A DNA stretch of 63,563 nt, the filler included, from Reclinomonas americana ATCC 50394 (taxonomy: Eukaryota), in assembly GCA_048213135.1 (NCBI GenBank). It is 17 parts of 17 records of this genome, joined end to end, with 100 filler letters (N's around TTAATTAATTAA, not from the genome) between each part and the next. Parts side by side here need not be neighbours in the genome. Positions count along the whole stretch, not along the records: positions 37,897 to 54,731 come from AFZH01018759.1; positions 54,832 to 57,392 come from AFZH01018761.1; 15 more parts are not named here. One strand, given 5' to 3'. A program made the translations under genes and the position numbers. Positions within the stretch are counted from its first letter, which is position 1; each line of letters starts with the position of its first letter. Positions 45,201-56,758 of the stretch are shown here, piece after piece. A model generated the notes under the pieces. The model saw only the letters and a program-made list of their open reading frames with translations. It made no database searches and was not told the origin of the DNA.

Positions 45201-46874
45201 TCCTCCTGTCCCGAATGCTGGCCGAAAACAAGAATCGCATGCAGTTCTCCCACACCAGGTGGTGCTCCACGCTCTCCACCCCCGCCACCCACCTGTCATG
45301 CCCCCCCAAAAAATGAGACAAATTGTCGCAAAAAGATCACGCTTGACACCGGCCCCAAAAACGCAACACTCCCACCAACGGCAGCTCCACACTCTTCGGG
45401 TTCGACTCGATGAGGTGGATGCACTTGCGGCCGGCGTCCATGGTCAGGTAGCCGGAGCACGGCGTCTCCGAGCCGCGTGCGGCGTCACCGAGGGCCGTCG
45501 GCACGATGCGCAGCGGGTTGATGCGCCAATAGTCGAGCGACAGCTGCGGGACGACCGTGTCGACGCGCACGTGCAGGGCGTTGCTTTCGCCAAACGAGAG
45601 GGTGACGAGGAGGGCCGGGAGGGAGTGCGGGAAGAGCGACATGGTGCTGGCGTGGGCCATGAAGCCCTCGAGGAGGGTTTCGAGGGCGGGGATGGCGGAG
45701 GAGGAGGAGGGGGTGCGGGCAAAGACGACGGGGATGATGGTGTAGCCGCGGGGGCGGAGGAGGGAGGGGGAGGAGGAGGAGTGGGAGGTGGTGCCCTCGG
45801 TGATGTGTTCGGTGATGTAGCCGGTGGACGGGTCTGCAAAAGGGGAAGGGGGTGTGAGGGAAGGGAAAGGGGGAAGGCGGAAGGGGATGGGGGAAGGGGG
45901 AAGGCGGAAGGGCGAGAGTAGAGAAGAGAGAACGAGCGCAGCATGGTGTACAGAAGTGAGATCAGAAATATTGCCGTAGGAGGCAGACGCAAGACATTCG
46001 TGGGTGCACAAAAGCCTGCAGATTGAGTGCTCTGCGCCCCTTCTCAGCTGAGAGACACTCACCCCATCGCGCGGCAATCGTCACTCCCAGCGCCGAGTAT
46101 TGCAGGCGGACCAGGCGATCGAGGCAGTCGCGAGTAAAGGTCAGGCCGCGGATGTATGAGGTGTGGTGCATGGTGCGTGAGCCGGCGGCCGGTGAGCCGT
46201 CCCTGGGTGGGAGAGAGAGATGGAGATGAGATGAAGGGAAAGGGAAGGGGAGAAAAGAAGGAAAGGACGGGGAAGCGAGAGAGGCAGTAAGGGGCGAGAG
46301 AGGGGGGGGGGAGCGAGAGAAGCAGCAAGGAGAGGGAAAGGGACGGGTGGAGAGAAAGAGAGAGAAAGAAAGATTGGAAGGGGAAGCGAGAGAAGCAGAA
46401 AGGAAATGGAAACCGAAAGATGCAGAAACGAACGGGAAAGCGAGAGAGGCAAACGGAGAGGGTGGAGAGAGAGGAAAAAGGAAAGGGACGGAGAGAAAGA
46501 GGCAAAAGAAAGGGAGGAGAGGGAGATGCAAAAAAGATCGGGTGGAGAGAGAAAGTCAGAAAGGAACGGGCAAGCGAGAGGCAAGTAGGAAAGGCAGAAA
46601 GGGAGGAGAGAGAGAGCGAGAGAGCGAGAGAGAGAAGAACAGGCGACAGCGTGGCGTGGAGAGGCTTGTGAGGAAAGGAGATGCAACAACAAGGCAGCAT
46701 CGAAAAGAGAGGCATACAGAAGTGAGAAAGAGACAGAGTCCACAGGCCAAGGCGAACCATAGGATACTAGTATTCGCTGGAAAGTCCAAGTGGCGACTAA
46801 TGAGCCACGGGGAGCGCGGTGGAGTGTCATCGGTGTGATCGCTCAGTTGGTGCGGGAAGCCAGCGGGTTGGTCA
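40044..46874 (-). CDS. STIL: STIL (SCL-interrupting locus; SAS-5/Ana2-related) centriole duplication factor; first exon uncertain
   Basis: N-terminal domain LDFPANTSILW|DGSP, INPLRIVPTAL...GYLTMDAGRKCIHLIESNPKSVELPLVG|VWVAG...VWENCMRFLFS; central coiled coil (LLERQHMMLRELARQVHQL); C-terminal STAN-like IPRIQY...IDRKYLS...SYLRQYGM. Confidence 0.88.
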
Positions 46875-47626
46875 CTGCGAGAATCGAAAAGGGAGGCGAA
46901 AGAGGTGAGAGAAGGACAATGCGTTGAGCAGAGAGACAAGCGAGCGGAGAGTGAGAGAGAAAGAGAGAGCAGGGAAGGGAAAAAAGACGAGAGACAAAGA
47001 GGAAACGACAAAGCGAGGGACAGAGACAGAGAGCGCATTCTCTTCATTTTGCACTGCCTTTCCGTGATCTGTCTTTCTGCTCTTCCCTGAAGACAGAGGA
47101 TAGGCGAGCGGAGAGAGAGAGAGAGAAAGAGAGCAGACGAAGGAGCAACTCTTTCTTCACAGCAGCTAGCGACTGTCGCAGTCTCAAAAAACACACCCTC
47201 ACTCACTCAACAAGCTTAAGCTGCGCATCTCCAACTACCACAAGACGCATTGCTTCAGGTGTCACAAAGTCACCACAATGGTGATCAGAGCACCAAGAGA
47301 GAAAGAGAGAGAAAACAGCATTCACTCAGTCCCCCCTTCCCACACACCCAATCCCTCCCAACACAAGCACACATTCACTCACTCACTCACTCTCTACCAC
47401 ACGAGGAAGGAACGAAGACACAATACACACTGAGTCTCTCACAATCACCCTTTCACACGCAGCACTCAAAGCCTCCCTTCTCTCCCTGTCTCCACACTCT
47501 CACACACACTCACTCACTCACTCACTCACTCTCTCACACACACACAAGAAGAAGAAAAAAGAAAAAAAGAACAAGAAGAACAAGAAGCAGAAGAGAATGA
47601 AGAAGGCAGACACAACCCTTCCCGTC

Positions 47627-47673
<47 letters not shown>

Positions 47674-47950
47674 TCACTCACTCACTCACTCACTCACTCA
47701 CTCACTCACTCTTCCACTCACTCACTCACTCACACACTCACTCATGCGCTCACTCTCTCTCTCTCTCTCTTACTCACTCACTCACTCACTCACTCTCTCT
47801 CTCTCACACACACATACACACACAAACACACACACAAACACACACACAAACACAAGAAGATGACGAAGAAGAAGAACAAGAAGAAGAACAAGATGAAGAA
47901 GGCAGACACAAGCCTTCCCTCCCGTCTCCACTCACTCACTCACTCACTCA

Positions 47951-47998
<48 letters not shown>

Positions 47999-48539
47999 AC
48001 CCCTCCTTCCCTCTCCTCTCTCCTCTCTCCTCCCCCTTCCCTCCTCTCCTCCCTCCCTCCCCCCCACACACTCACCCTCTAAACAACCTCATCGGCGGTG
48101 TCTCATACACATGCTTTGCTCTTTGCAAAGGAGGAGGAGTTGCAGGCGGTCGACGACGACCATGCTCACTGCTCATCATCATCATTGTTGTTGTTGTTGA
48201 TGCGCCTGGAAAGTACGCAGAGGCCATGTTGTCACACTCTCTCACTCGCTCACACACACACACGTCCACTGTGTGAGCGTGACAGAGGCCTTCTCTCTGT
48301 CGCACGAGTTTTTGCGGTTTTCCCGCGCGATTTGCTTCGAACACGACACAAATGAAACGGTCGACGTCGAAGGCGTGCTGTTTTTTCCGCGCAGTGAGTG
48401 TCTGTGTGCAAATGGTGCTCGTCTCTGTGGACGAGCATATGGTAGCTGAAGCGCCGTTGTGGCGTTTGTGGGAGGAGGAGGAGGTGGGGCGACGTCGAAC
48501 GTCGCTGTTCGGATTCGTGACTTCATTCACGAGGAAAAT

Positions 48540-49010
48540 GTCCACAAATCCCTTCCCGACAGCGACCATGACACACCAACAATATACAAACACATAATTA
48601 CTTCCAGGAGGCAAAGCCAATCAAAAAACAAAACACTTCATTCACCACATTCCAATAATGCGATAAACGCCCACAAATCCCTTGCCGACAGTGACCTTGG
48701 CACATCAACAATATAAAACACATAGATAAATCTTCTCCAACAGTCATCTTCCCTTTCACGAGGCAAAGCCATAGCCAATCATGATCAAACGCGTGTTGGC
48801 CTCGATCGCGAGAGCTCGAGGATTTCGTGGCGCAAATATTATCAGCGGCCTACGTAGAAGCTGAACTCGTTGAAGCTGAATGCTGCAGTAGCGACGCGAT
48901 GGTTCTAGTTGCCCTGAGGCTGCAAGATCTAGAGGCCGTGACGCAAAGCCTATCAATTGCAAATCAGCGCGCGCGCGTGTTGGCTTCACAAAGGATTTCG
49001 TGGTGCTTGT
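48540..49010 (-). mobile_element. Repeat family A, shortest copy, inverted and internally duplicated
   Basis: Reverse complement matches 29145-29406 and 33305-33590 (cagcctcagggcaacta...gcgccacgaaatcc...gaaagggaagatgactgttggagaag...ggaatgtggtgaatgaagtgttttgtttttt). Confidence 0.78.
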
Positions 49011-49205
49011 GAGTCCGAGAGAGAGGTGAGATTGTGGTGTGCGTTGCAAGTACTCCTGGATGACACAGGCTGCAATTCGCGAGGAAAATCAACGATTGGT
49101 CTGGGACAACTCTTGTCAGTCATACACTCTCCCTTTGAGAGGTCCAAGAGAGACAGAAAGAGACTTGCGTTGTGGCTGTTGCCTCTGCGAGCGTTTTCAT
49201 CAAGA

Positions 49206-51999
49206 ATGAGGTTTGTATTGCTCTGTTGTCATCTTTGCGCTCTCACTCTCTCTCTAGATCTCTCACTCTCACTCTCTCTGCACCAGCGCTCCTCGGAGGA
49301 AAGCATGGGAGATGGCCAAGGATGGCAACATCCAGGCACTGCGCGAGTTAGTGGCACGTGAGGGCGCACGCACTCTGCTGCGGAGAGAGGAGATGAGTGA
49401 GGCGGGTGGCTCGGCATTTCAGTATGCGGCCGCCGAGGGCCATCTCTCTGCGTTGGAGTTCTTGTGGGAGGAGAGTGGTGTCGGGCCACAACTCGCCCAC
49501 TTGGTCAACGACAATGGCTTTACGCCCCTGATGTCGGCTGCCGCCTTTGGCCATCTGCCAGTGGTGGAGTGGTTGCTCGGCGATGAGCGACGATGCCCGT
49601 TGGAGATGGTGCTGGCGGTCACCAATGATCGTGACGAATATCCGCAGTGCACTGTGTTACACTGGGCCGCCGTAAGAGGCCACGAAGCCGTTGTGCGACT
49701 CCTCGCCACGCGCTTCCCCGACCTCATTCCCGTGGTCAACAAGGCGGGCAAGTCGGCTGTTCAGTGGGCACGCGACAACGGCAAGCAGCAGGTGGCTGAC
49801 TTGCTCAGTCGCCTCGCTCTTCAGTCTGCTCCACCACGCCCTCCACAACAACAGCGGTCTCCTCCACCTGCAGGTAACTCATTGTCGTGTTCATTGGTTG
49901 ATTCGTGCTCTCATCTTCATGCTGTTCTCCGTTTGTCTCGCCTGGTAAACACGCTACTCCAGCCCGACCGGTGAGATCATCGTTCTCGAAGTTGATTGTA
50001 GTTGTTCTTCGTCTCTCGCACTCCTTCTCACTTGTTTCGTTGGCGATTGAGCAGGTTGTCGACGATGCCGTGGCTCGTCAAAACGCACAACTCCTGCGCG
50101 ACCTCGCTGCAGCACAGCAGGAGCGAGAGCAGCAGCAGCGGGAGTGGGAACGACAACGACAAGAGTACGAGGACATCGTGGCTCAACTGCAGCATGCCAA
50201 CGCGGAGGCGCAGCAACTGCATTCGCAACTTCAACGAGCGCATGAGAGCGAGCAGCAGCGGAATGCACAACTTCAGCGAGCCCTTGCGGATAGCGAGCAG
50301 CGGGCGAACCAATTTCAGCAGGCCAATGCGGAATGGCAACGAGCCCACGCCCAGTTGCAGGCGGAGCAAGATAGAATGGCCGCAGAGCTCGCTGTGGCTG
50401 TGCACCAGCTGCAAGAGAAGGATCAACTCATCTCCCAGCTCCGACAGCATCAACTCTTCGCGCAAGGTATGCAATGCTCTCTCTCTCTCCCCTCCCTCTG
50501 TATTTGTCAGTTTGCTCCGTTCTGTGTGTCTGTCGTAACCCCCGCGTCTCATTCCTCATCGCCACCCGCCACAGTCGACACCGCCGTGCAGCGCTTCGAG
50601 TGGCCCGAAATCGTGCATGCCACCGACTCTTTCTCACCCCGCCTCAAGGTCGGCGAGGGCGGCCAGGGTGCCGTCTACATCACTCTGCTTCGCGAGATGC
50701 ACGTGGCCATCAAGTTGCTCGACCCCGCTGCACCGTGGACGATGGATGCATTTGAGAGTGAGGTCTGTCTCCCTCCCTCTCCTGTTTCTTCTCTCTCTCT
50801 CCTCATCCTCCCCTCTCATCCTCGCAGGTCGCCACCCTTGGACGCCTGCGAAATCGTCGTATTGTCCCTCTTGTCGGCTACTCGGTGGGCGACGACAGGG
50901 CACGCTGTCTCGTGTACAAGGCCCTTCAGTGCGTCGCGCATCCCTCCTTCACTCATTCTTCATCATCCTCGTCTCACTGTGAAGGCACACAGAGTTCCCA
51001 ACCTGGAGGATTTGTTGCTGCTGCCGCGTGCCGGCCGTGCGCCGCTCACGGTCGTGCAGCGCGTGCAGATTGGTCTTGGACTGGCCGAGGCCGTGGCGTT
51101 CCTGCACCAGGTTTGCACGATGTGTTTGCCATTCTTCACCCCTCTGAGTCGTTTCTCTCTTCTCTGCTCGGTGCTCTTTTCCTTCTTCGCTCCTGTCTTT
51201 CTGCCTCGCGACCAGTCTTTGTTGCTGATGCGTTTGCTCCTTGCTTTCACTCTCCTTGCCATCCTTGCTCCCCGTTTCGCGAAGATCTCTCGCTTTTCTT
51301 TGATCATCTCGTCAGTGTCCAAACTTTGTATTAAGATAACTCAGACTCTGCTCCCACCTCATTTTTCCTGTTCTCCTTCTCATCTCTTTTACGCAAAGTT
51401 CTCTCGCTTTTCTCTGATCATCTCGTCAGTGTCCAAGCTTTGTATTCGGATAACCCTGACTCCCTTTCACAGAACGATGTAGTACACCGCGACATCAAGC
51501 CTTCGAATGTGCTTCTCGATCATCGCTACGAGCCTTGTCTCGGTGACTTTGGCATCGCGCGGTCGATTGCTGGCAGCAAGGTCTGTTGCTTGTCGTCTCA
51601 CCGCTGTCCCTTCTGCCTTTCTCACTCTCGCTTGTCTCGCAGGCCACAGCCGCCGCCGGCACGCAGGGCTACATGGACCCGCTGGCCGTCCTTGTGCGTC
51701 GCCCGCTGCCCAAGCACGACGTCTACAGCATGGGAATGGTGCTGGTGCAGCTAGTGACCAGCAAACCGGTGGAGACGGTGGGCGAGTGGTTTGTGGAATG
51801 GGAGGAGTCGCCAGAGTCGCTGTACATCATGGAACTCGTGGACGCCAGTGTGGAGTGGACGCCACGTATCGCCGAACCGATGTTCGAGCTCGGCATGCGG
51901 TGCATGAGCATGCAGTCGAAGCGGCCGACGGCGCAGGAGGTGCTTGACAGGATGCGGGTGGTGCGCGAGGCGTGTGGGCAGTTTACGTTGGAATTATGA
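49206..51999 (+). CDS. Ankyrin-repeat / coiled-coil / Pelle-IRAK-RLK-like protein kinase (copy 1, complete, 9 exons)
   Basis: ANK motifs (GFTPLMSAAAFGHLPVVEWLL, TVLHWAAVRGHEAVVRLL); Q/E-rich coil; RFEWPEIVHATDSFSPRLKVGEGGQGAVY, VAIK, RVQIGLGLAEAVAFLH, HRDIKPSNVLLD, LGDFGIAR, GTQGYMDP, DVYSMGMVL. Confidence 0.88.
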
Positions 52000-52598
52000 A
52001 GAAGGCACGAGCTGCGATTGAGGTATCTTGGCAACGAGAGGTGAGCGTGTGGATGTTGGCGGTGTCTGCAAGTCGCCAGATCTATGCACTGTCCGCTCGT
52101 GGAAGCTACAACCGTTGAAGTCGACTTCCACCGTGACTCTGTTTCAAACGTCGGCGATCTGTCACGGTGAGAGCGAGAGAAAGTGATATACTCCGATACC
52201 TTGATCATCAGAAGTCTCGCGCCCATCGGAAAAGCGGGAAGGAGCCTCTGCGAAGAGAGCTCGACGAGAGCTGGAGACTGCTCTTTCAGATTCCACACCA
52301 CCACGATGTTGCCGACTTGCACAAACGTGCAGAACACAGAAATCCACGCCAGTGATTGACTTCCTGCCCAGAGGAGGTAGTGTGCGAGAGAGAGGCTATC
52401 GCTGCCAACTGCGCTGCAAGAGTCCCTGTGCTCGACGTCGACATGACTTACCGACTCAGACAAGTGATGCAGGACACTCGGAAAAACACAATTTTCTGTC
52501 ACCGTGGCAGACAAGGCAGCGTGTGTGAGAGAGAGAGAGTGAGAGTGAGAATCGCGTGTGTTGCTGGTGTCGTTTCTGCAAGTGTTTTCATCCAGAGA

Positions 52599-53714
52599 AT
52601 GAGGTTTGTCTTATTGCGCACTGTTTGCTGTCAGACTGCGTCCCCCACTAATCTCCCCATCTCCTCTTATCGACAGTGCTCTTCGGAAGAAAGCCTTTGA
52701 GATGGCAAAGGATGGCAATGTGAAGGCGCTGCGCGAATTGGTGGCGCGTGAGGGCGCACAAATTCTGCTCAATAGAGAGGAGATGAGTGACACAGGCGGC
52801 TCGGCCTTCCACTGTGCCGCTGGTTCAGGACATCTCAGTGTGCTGGAGTACTTGTGGGAGGAGAGCGGAGTCGGACCACAACTCGCACTGCTGCGCAACG
52901 GCAATGGATGGACGCCACTGATGGTCGCGGCCAACAATGGACACTTGCCAGTGGTCGACTGGCTGTTGGCCGACGAGCGACGATGTCCGACAGAGATGGC
53001 GCTGGCTGTCACCAATAATCATGACTCCAACAGTCCAGGCTCCACTGCACTGCACTGGGCTGCCTCCAATGATCTCACTGCTATTGTGCGACTCCTGGCA
53101 ACGCGCTTTCCCGACCTTGTTCCACTGGTCAATAAGGAGGGCAAGACCGCGGCTCAGGTGGCACGGGACTACCATCACCAGCAAATGGCCGAGTCACTCG
53201 AACGTCTCACTGCGGAGTTGCTGCGGGAATATCAACAGCAGCAACGATCGCCGCGACCTGCAGGTACGATCTCTTTGTGTCTTGTGCACTGGTGGCCTCT
53301 TGCTTACCTGGCTGTGATCTCTTCTCGCACAGCGGCAGCACGCCAGGTGCAACTGCCAAGTCGTTTTGTCGTCCTTATCGTCTACTTATCGCTGTCCAGG
53401 TTGACGACGATGCCGTGGCTCGACTCCAGCGCGATCTCGCCGCAGCACTGCATGAGCGCGAGCGACAGCAGCAAGAGTGGGACCGGCAGCGACAAGAGTA
53501 TGCAGGCACCATTGCGGAGCTGCAGGCCCAACTGACTGCCGCGCTGCGTGACAAGGAGGAACTCGCCGTGCTGCTGCATCAACACAAACAGCTCGTCGCC
53601 CAGTTGCAGGGTGTGTATATCTCTCGCCACGCTGTGTATCCGTGTGTGTTTTCCCATCTAGTCCTCACTCTGTGCATTGCGACAGAAACAATCGCTGAGC
53701 ATGCCAGTTTGTGA
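52599..53714 (+). CDS. Ankyrin / short coiled-coil paralogue (copy 2), terminating before the kinase domain
   Basis: Same exon structure as copy 1 (ATGAG first exon, micro-exon, VDDDAVAR exon); open through ANK and coil, then ETIAEHASL*. Confidence 0.7.
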
Positions 53715-53749
53715 TCACCGACAAGCCTCGCGTGTTTTTCTTCTGCAAA

Positions 53750-54250
53750 TCAATCTGTGTTTCGGAGGTGTCAATGGTTCGTAAAGCACCTCTCAACAAT
53801 CCTCTCTCAACACGCCTGCCGGTCGACGAAGGTGGTGAGGGTGTTCTTGTCTCCAGCAGCACAGTGGTCGAGCACCCGCAGTGTCGATGTACGAGTCACA
53901 CCCAGATGCTGCTTGCCACTTGCCTCTTGCTTTTGTTCTCACTTCAAATCACCATTGTTGCTTCTCTTTGCACACCTCATCTGTTTTCATCGCCTCTTTC
54001 TGACTTCTCTTTTCCTTCTTTGCCTGCAACTCTCCTCAATCTCTTCGCCTTCACCGGCACTGAATGGAAATCGCGCGCGCCCCGACCCCGTTCGTTCTTC
54101 CTCGATTTTCTTGCCTTTGCTCCTCTCTCGGCAGCCTCATTGCCAGCGCCCCGTGGGGGCTCGTAACAGGATCGACCAACGGCACAAGAGGTGCTTGACA
54201 TGATGCATGCGGTGAGTGAGGCGTGCGGGCTATATTCATCGGAGTGTGAC
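53750..54250 (+). pseudogene. Decayed, internally deleted kinase exons of copy 2
   Basis: LSTRLPVDEGGEGV aligns with FSPRLKVGEGGQGA; DRPTAQEVLDMMHAVSEACG aligns with KRPTAQEVLDRMRVVREACG; no HRD/DFG exon found. Confidence 0.7.
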
Positions 54251-54627
54251 GAAAGGCAAGGTCACGACTGAAAGACATCCACGGAGCAGCCGAGATGCCA
54301 CTGAGCTGCCTTCGAGTTGACGAGAGACACGGCAGCGAATTATTCACCGCCTTTCTTGGAGATCAAGTCCAACCATGTCCAGACGCCAACTCAAGCACTG
54401 GACTACGTGTGAATCCCCTTCACTGTTCCGAAGTCGGCGACGTCGCAGTTGATTTCCACCCTCTCTTTGGGTCCTGGACAACCTTGACCTGCTGAAACCC
54501 GGCGGCCGGGTTCCAAACCCGGCAGCTTGACAGCCTGCACCTGATCAATAAAAGACTTAGTGTTTTTCGCGGTCACATTTCCCGCGCTTGCGTTCATTTG
54601 GTGAGGAGTTGCACTCAGAGAGTGTGT

Positions 54628-54658
<31 letters not shown>

Positions 54659-54918
54659 CTGCCAAGCGAGGGGAAGGAGAGGGAGAGATGCAGATAGAGA
54701 GAGATGCAGAGAGAGAGATAGAGAGAGATGCNNNNNNNNNNNNNNNNNNNNNNNNNNNNNNNNNNNNNNNNNNNNTTAATTAATTAANNNNNNNNNNNNN
54801 NNNNNNNNNNNNNNNNNNNNNNNNNNNNNNNTCGGTCGGGTCGGTACGGTCGGTGGTCGGTTCGTTCGTCGTACGTAACGTACGTCGACCACCACTACTA
54901 CGTCGTACGGACGTCGTC

Positions 54919-54949
<31 letters not shown>

Positions 54950-54980
54950 AGGTTCGCACCACCACTCTAGTCAGCGACCT

Positions 54981-55019
<39 letters not shown>

Positions 55020-55487
55020 CTCGATTGCCACAACTCTTTTCATTCTCTGTCATGTTTTCAATTCCCATTCTTCGCTCATCCTTCTCCTTCTTGCGTCACC
55101 ATCTTTACTTTCTACCGTTCTGTCATCAAGCCTCAGTCACTGTTGCTCCCCTTTGCCGCACTCATCGTTCCTCTTCCATCTGTCCCTCTCTCGCCCCTGC
55201 TTTCTCCATCTTTGCGTTCCGCCGTTCTGCCTCTGTCACTCTTGATCCCCTTCCGCACTCTTCGTTTTTTCATGCTCCTCCTGTTCTCCACTCTCGCTGC
55301 TTTCTGTCATTTTCTCTCAGTCGCTCTTTGTTCCCCCCTTCTCCTCCCGTTGTTCTCTCCTTGCCTTCAGTCTTCGTTTCGGCTTCCACCCTTCTGTTTT
55401 TTTGCTTTTCTCCTCCCTTCGCTCACTCTCCTGCATTAGATGCTCACTTCCTTCATCTCTATTCTCTCTTCACGCGCTTTTCCGCAG

Positions 55488-56036
55488 AATGAGGTGGTGC
55501 ACCGCGACATCAAACCCGCCAACATCCTCCTCGACCACAAGCTCGAGCCTTGCCTCGGCGACTTTGGCATCGCGCGATCGATTGCAAGTGACAAGGTACG
55601 AACTCTTCTTCTCCTTCTCTTCTCTCCTCGTTCCTCGTCTCCCCTGTCTCACTCTCTCTCTCTCTCTCCCTCACAGTCAACGACCGCCGCCGGCACCATG
55701 GACTACATGGACCCGCTGTCGCTCCGCATTCGTCGCCCGCTGCCGAAAAACGACGTGTACTGCATGGGCGTGGTGCTGGCGCAGCTGGTCACCGCCAAGC
55801 CGGCAAAGACCGTGAGCGAGTGGTCGGCGGAGTGGGACGAGTCGCCAGCCTCGTTGCGCGTCATGCGGCTGGTGGACGCCAGTGCGGAGTGGACGCCACG
55901 CGTCGCCGAACCAATGTTCGAGCTCGGCATGCGGTGCATGAGTATGCGACATGATCGACCGGCGGCGCAGGAGGTGGTCGACGGGATGCGTGCACTGCGC
56001 GAGGCGTGCGGGCGGTACACGTCGGTTGTTGCATGA
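55488..56036 (+). CDS. C-terminal two exons of a third Pelle-like kinase paralogue (5' part presumably in the gap)
   Basis: NEVVHRDIKPANILLDHKLEPCLGDFGIARSIASDK|STTAAGTMDYMDPL...RPAAQEV; same intron positions as copy 1. Confidence 0.85.
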   Translation, partial: NEVVHRDIKPANILLDHKLEPCLGDFGIARSIASDKVRTLLLLLFSPRSSSPLSHSLSLSPSQSTTAAGTMDYMDPLSLRIRRPLPKNDVYCMGVVLAQLVTAKPAKTVSEWSAEWDESPASLRVMRLVDASAEWTPRVAEPMFELGMRCMSMRHDRPAAQEVVDGMRALREACGRYTSVVA

Positions 56037-56758
56037 CGACTGTGGCGTATGAAGGAAGAGCAGAGGTGGCCAAGAGACAGACCGTGTCCACGGTCCTGAT
56101 CAACCAAGTGCATCCGTTGTGAGCTGCGATTGCTAACACGATTCATTCACCAACAAACAAGCAACAGCTGTCTTGATGACCAAGTCAACACAAACAGGCA
56201 GCAGCAGGTTTCTTGTGTGTTCACTCTCGCTCTCGGAGCTCCGAACTAGTGAGAACTGCGATCTTCACCGCATAAGCGTGGTTGACCAGTGGATTGTTTT
56301 GCTGCTGCAGCTGCTCATGATAACATGCAGCGCACATGGAGGCATGCAAGCACGTCAAGTGTTCGCAGGTGTGTCGTCGAGGGATCGATATCCGGAGGGC
56401 GCACGTCTCTTTGCCTTTGAAACTCATGGCTGTTGCGTCTGCAGTGTCAGTCCGAGTTCTGTTTCCGCTGCCTGCAAATCAGGCCAGTGGGTGGCGTGTG
56501 GCCGTTGCGTGCGTGTGGAGAGAGGGCTGTTTCCCGTACGAGCTTCATGGTCCTCGAGCCTCACTGCAGCTGCGCTTGCAGGTGTGGCTCGTTCAATCAC
56601 CCCTGCCCGATCGCACCGCGACAGAGCTTCTGAGAGAGTCGAGGTAAACACTTTGGTTACACAGTGTGTCGGCAAACGTGCACGTCCGCCATCCGCCAAC
56701 CGCGCGAGCAAATATTCCAGATATCCGCTCGCACACACCAATATCCACCACCAACAAA

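Noticed and set aside
44140..45921. 593-aa plus-strand ORF, and the many S/L/P/F- or R/E/G-rich ORFs in the track
   Set aside because: Antisense shadows of GC-rich STIL exons or translations of stop-poor GA/CT microsatellite introns.
52020..52520. Coding-looking spacer between ANK-kinase copies (also 54260-54600)
   Set aside because: Interrupted frames and no recognisable motif; cannot support a call without a database search.
54490..54530. Hairpin GCCGGGTTCCAAACCCGGC resembling a tRNA T-arm/B-box
   Set aside because: No cloverleaf or A-box could be built; single occurrence.
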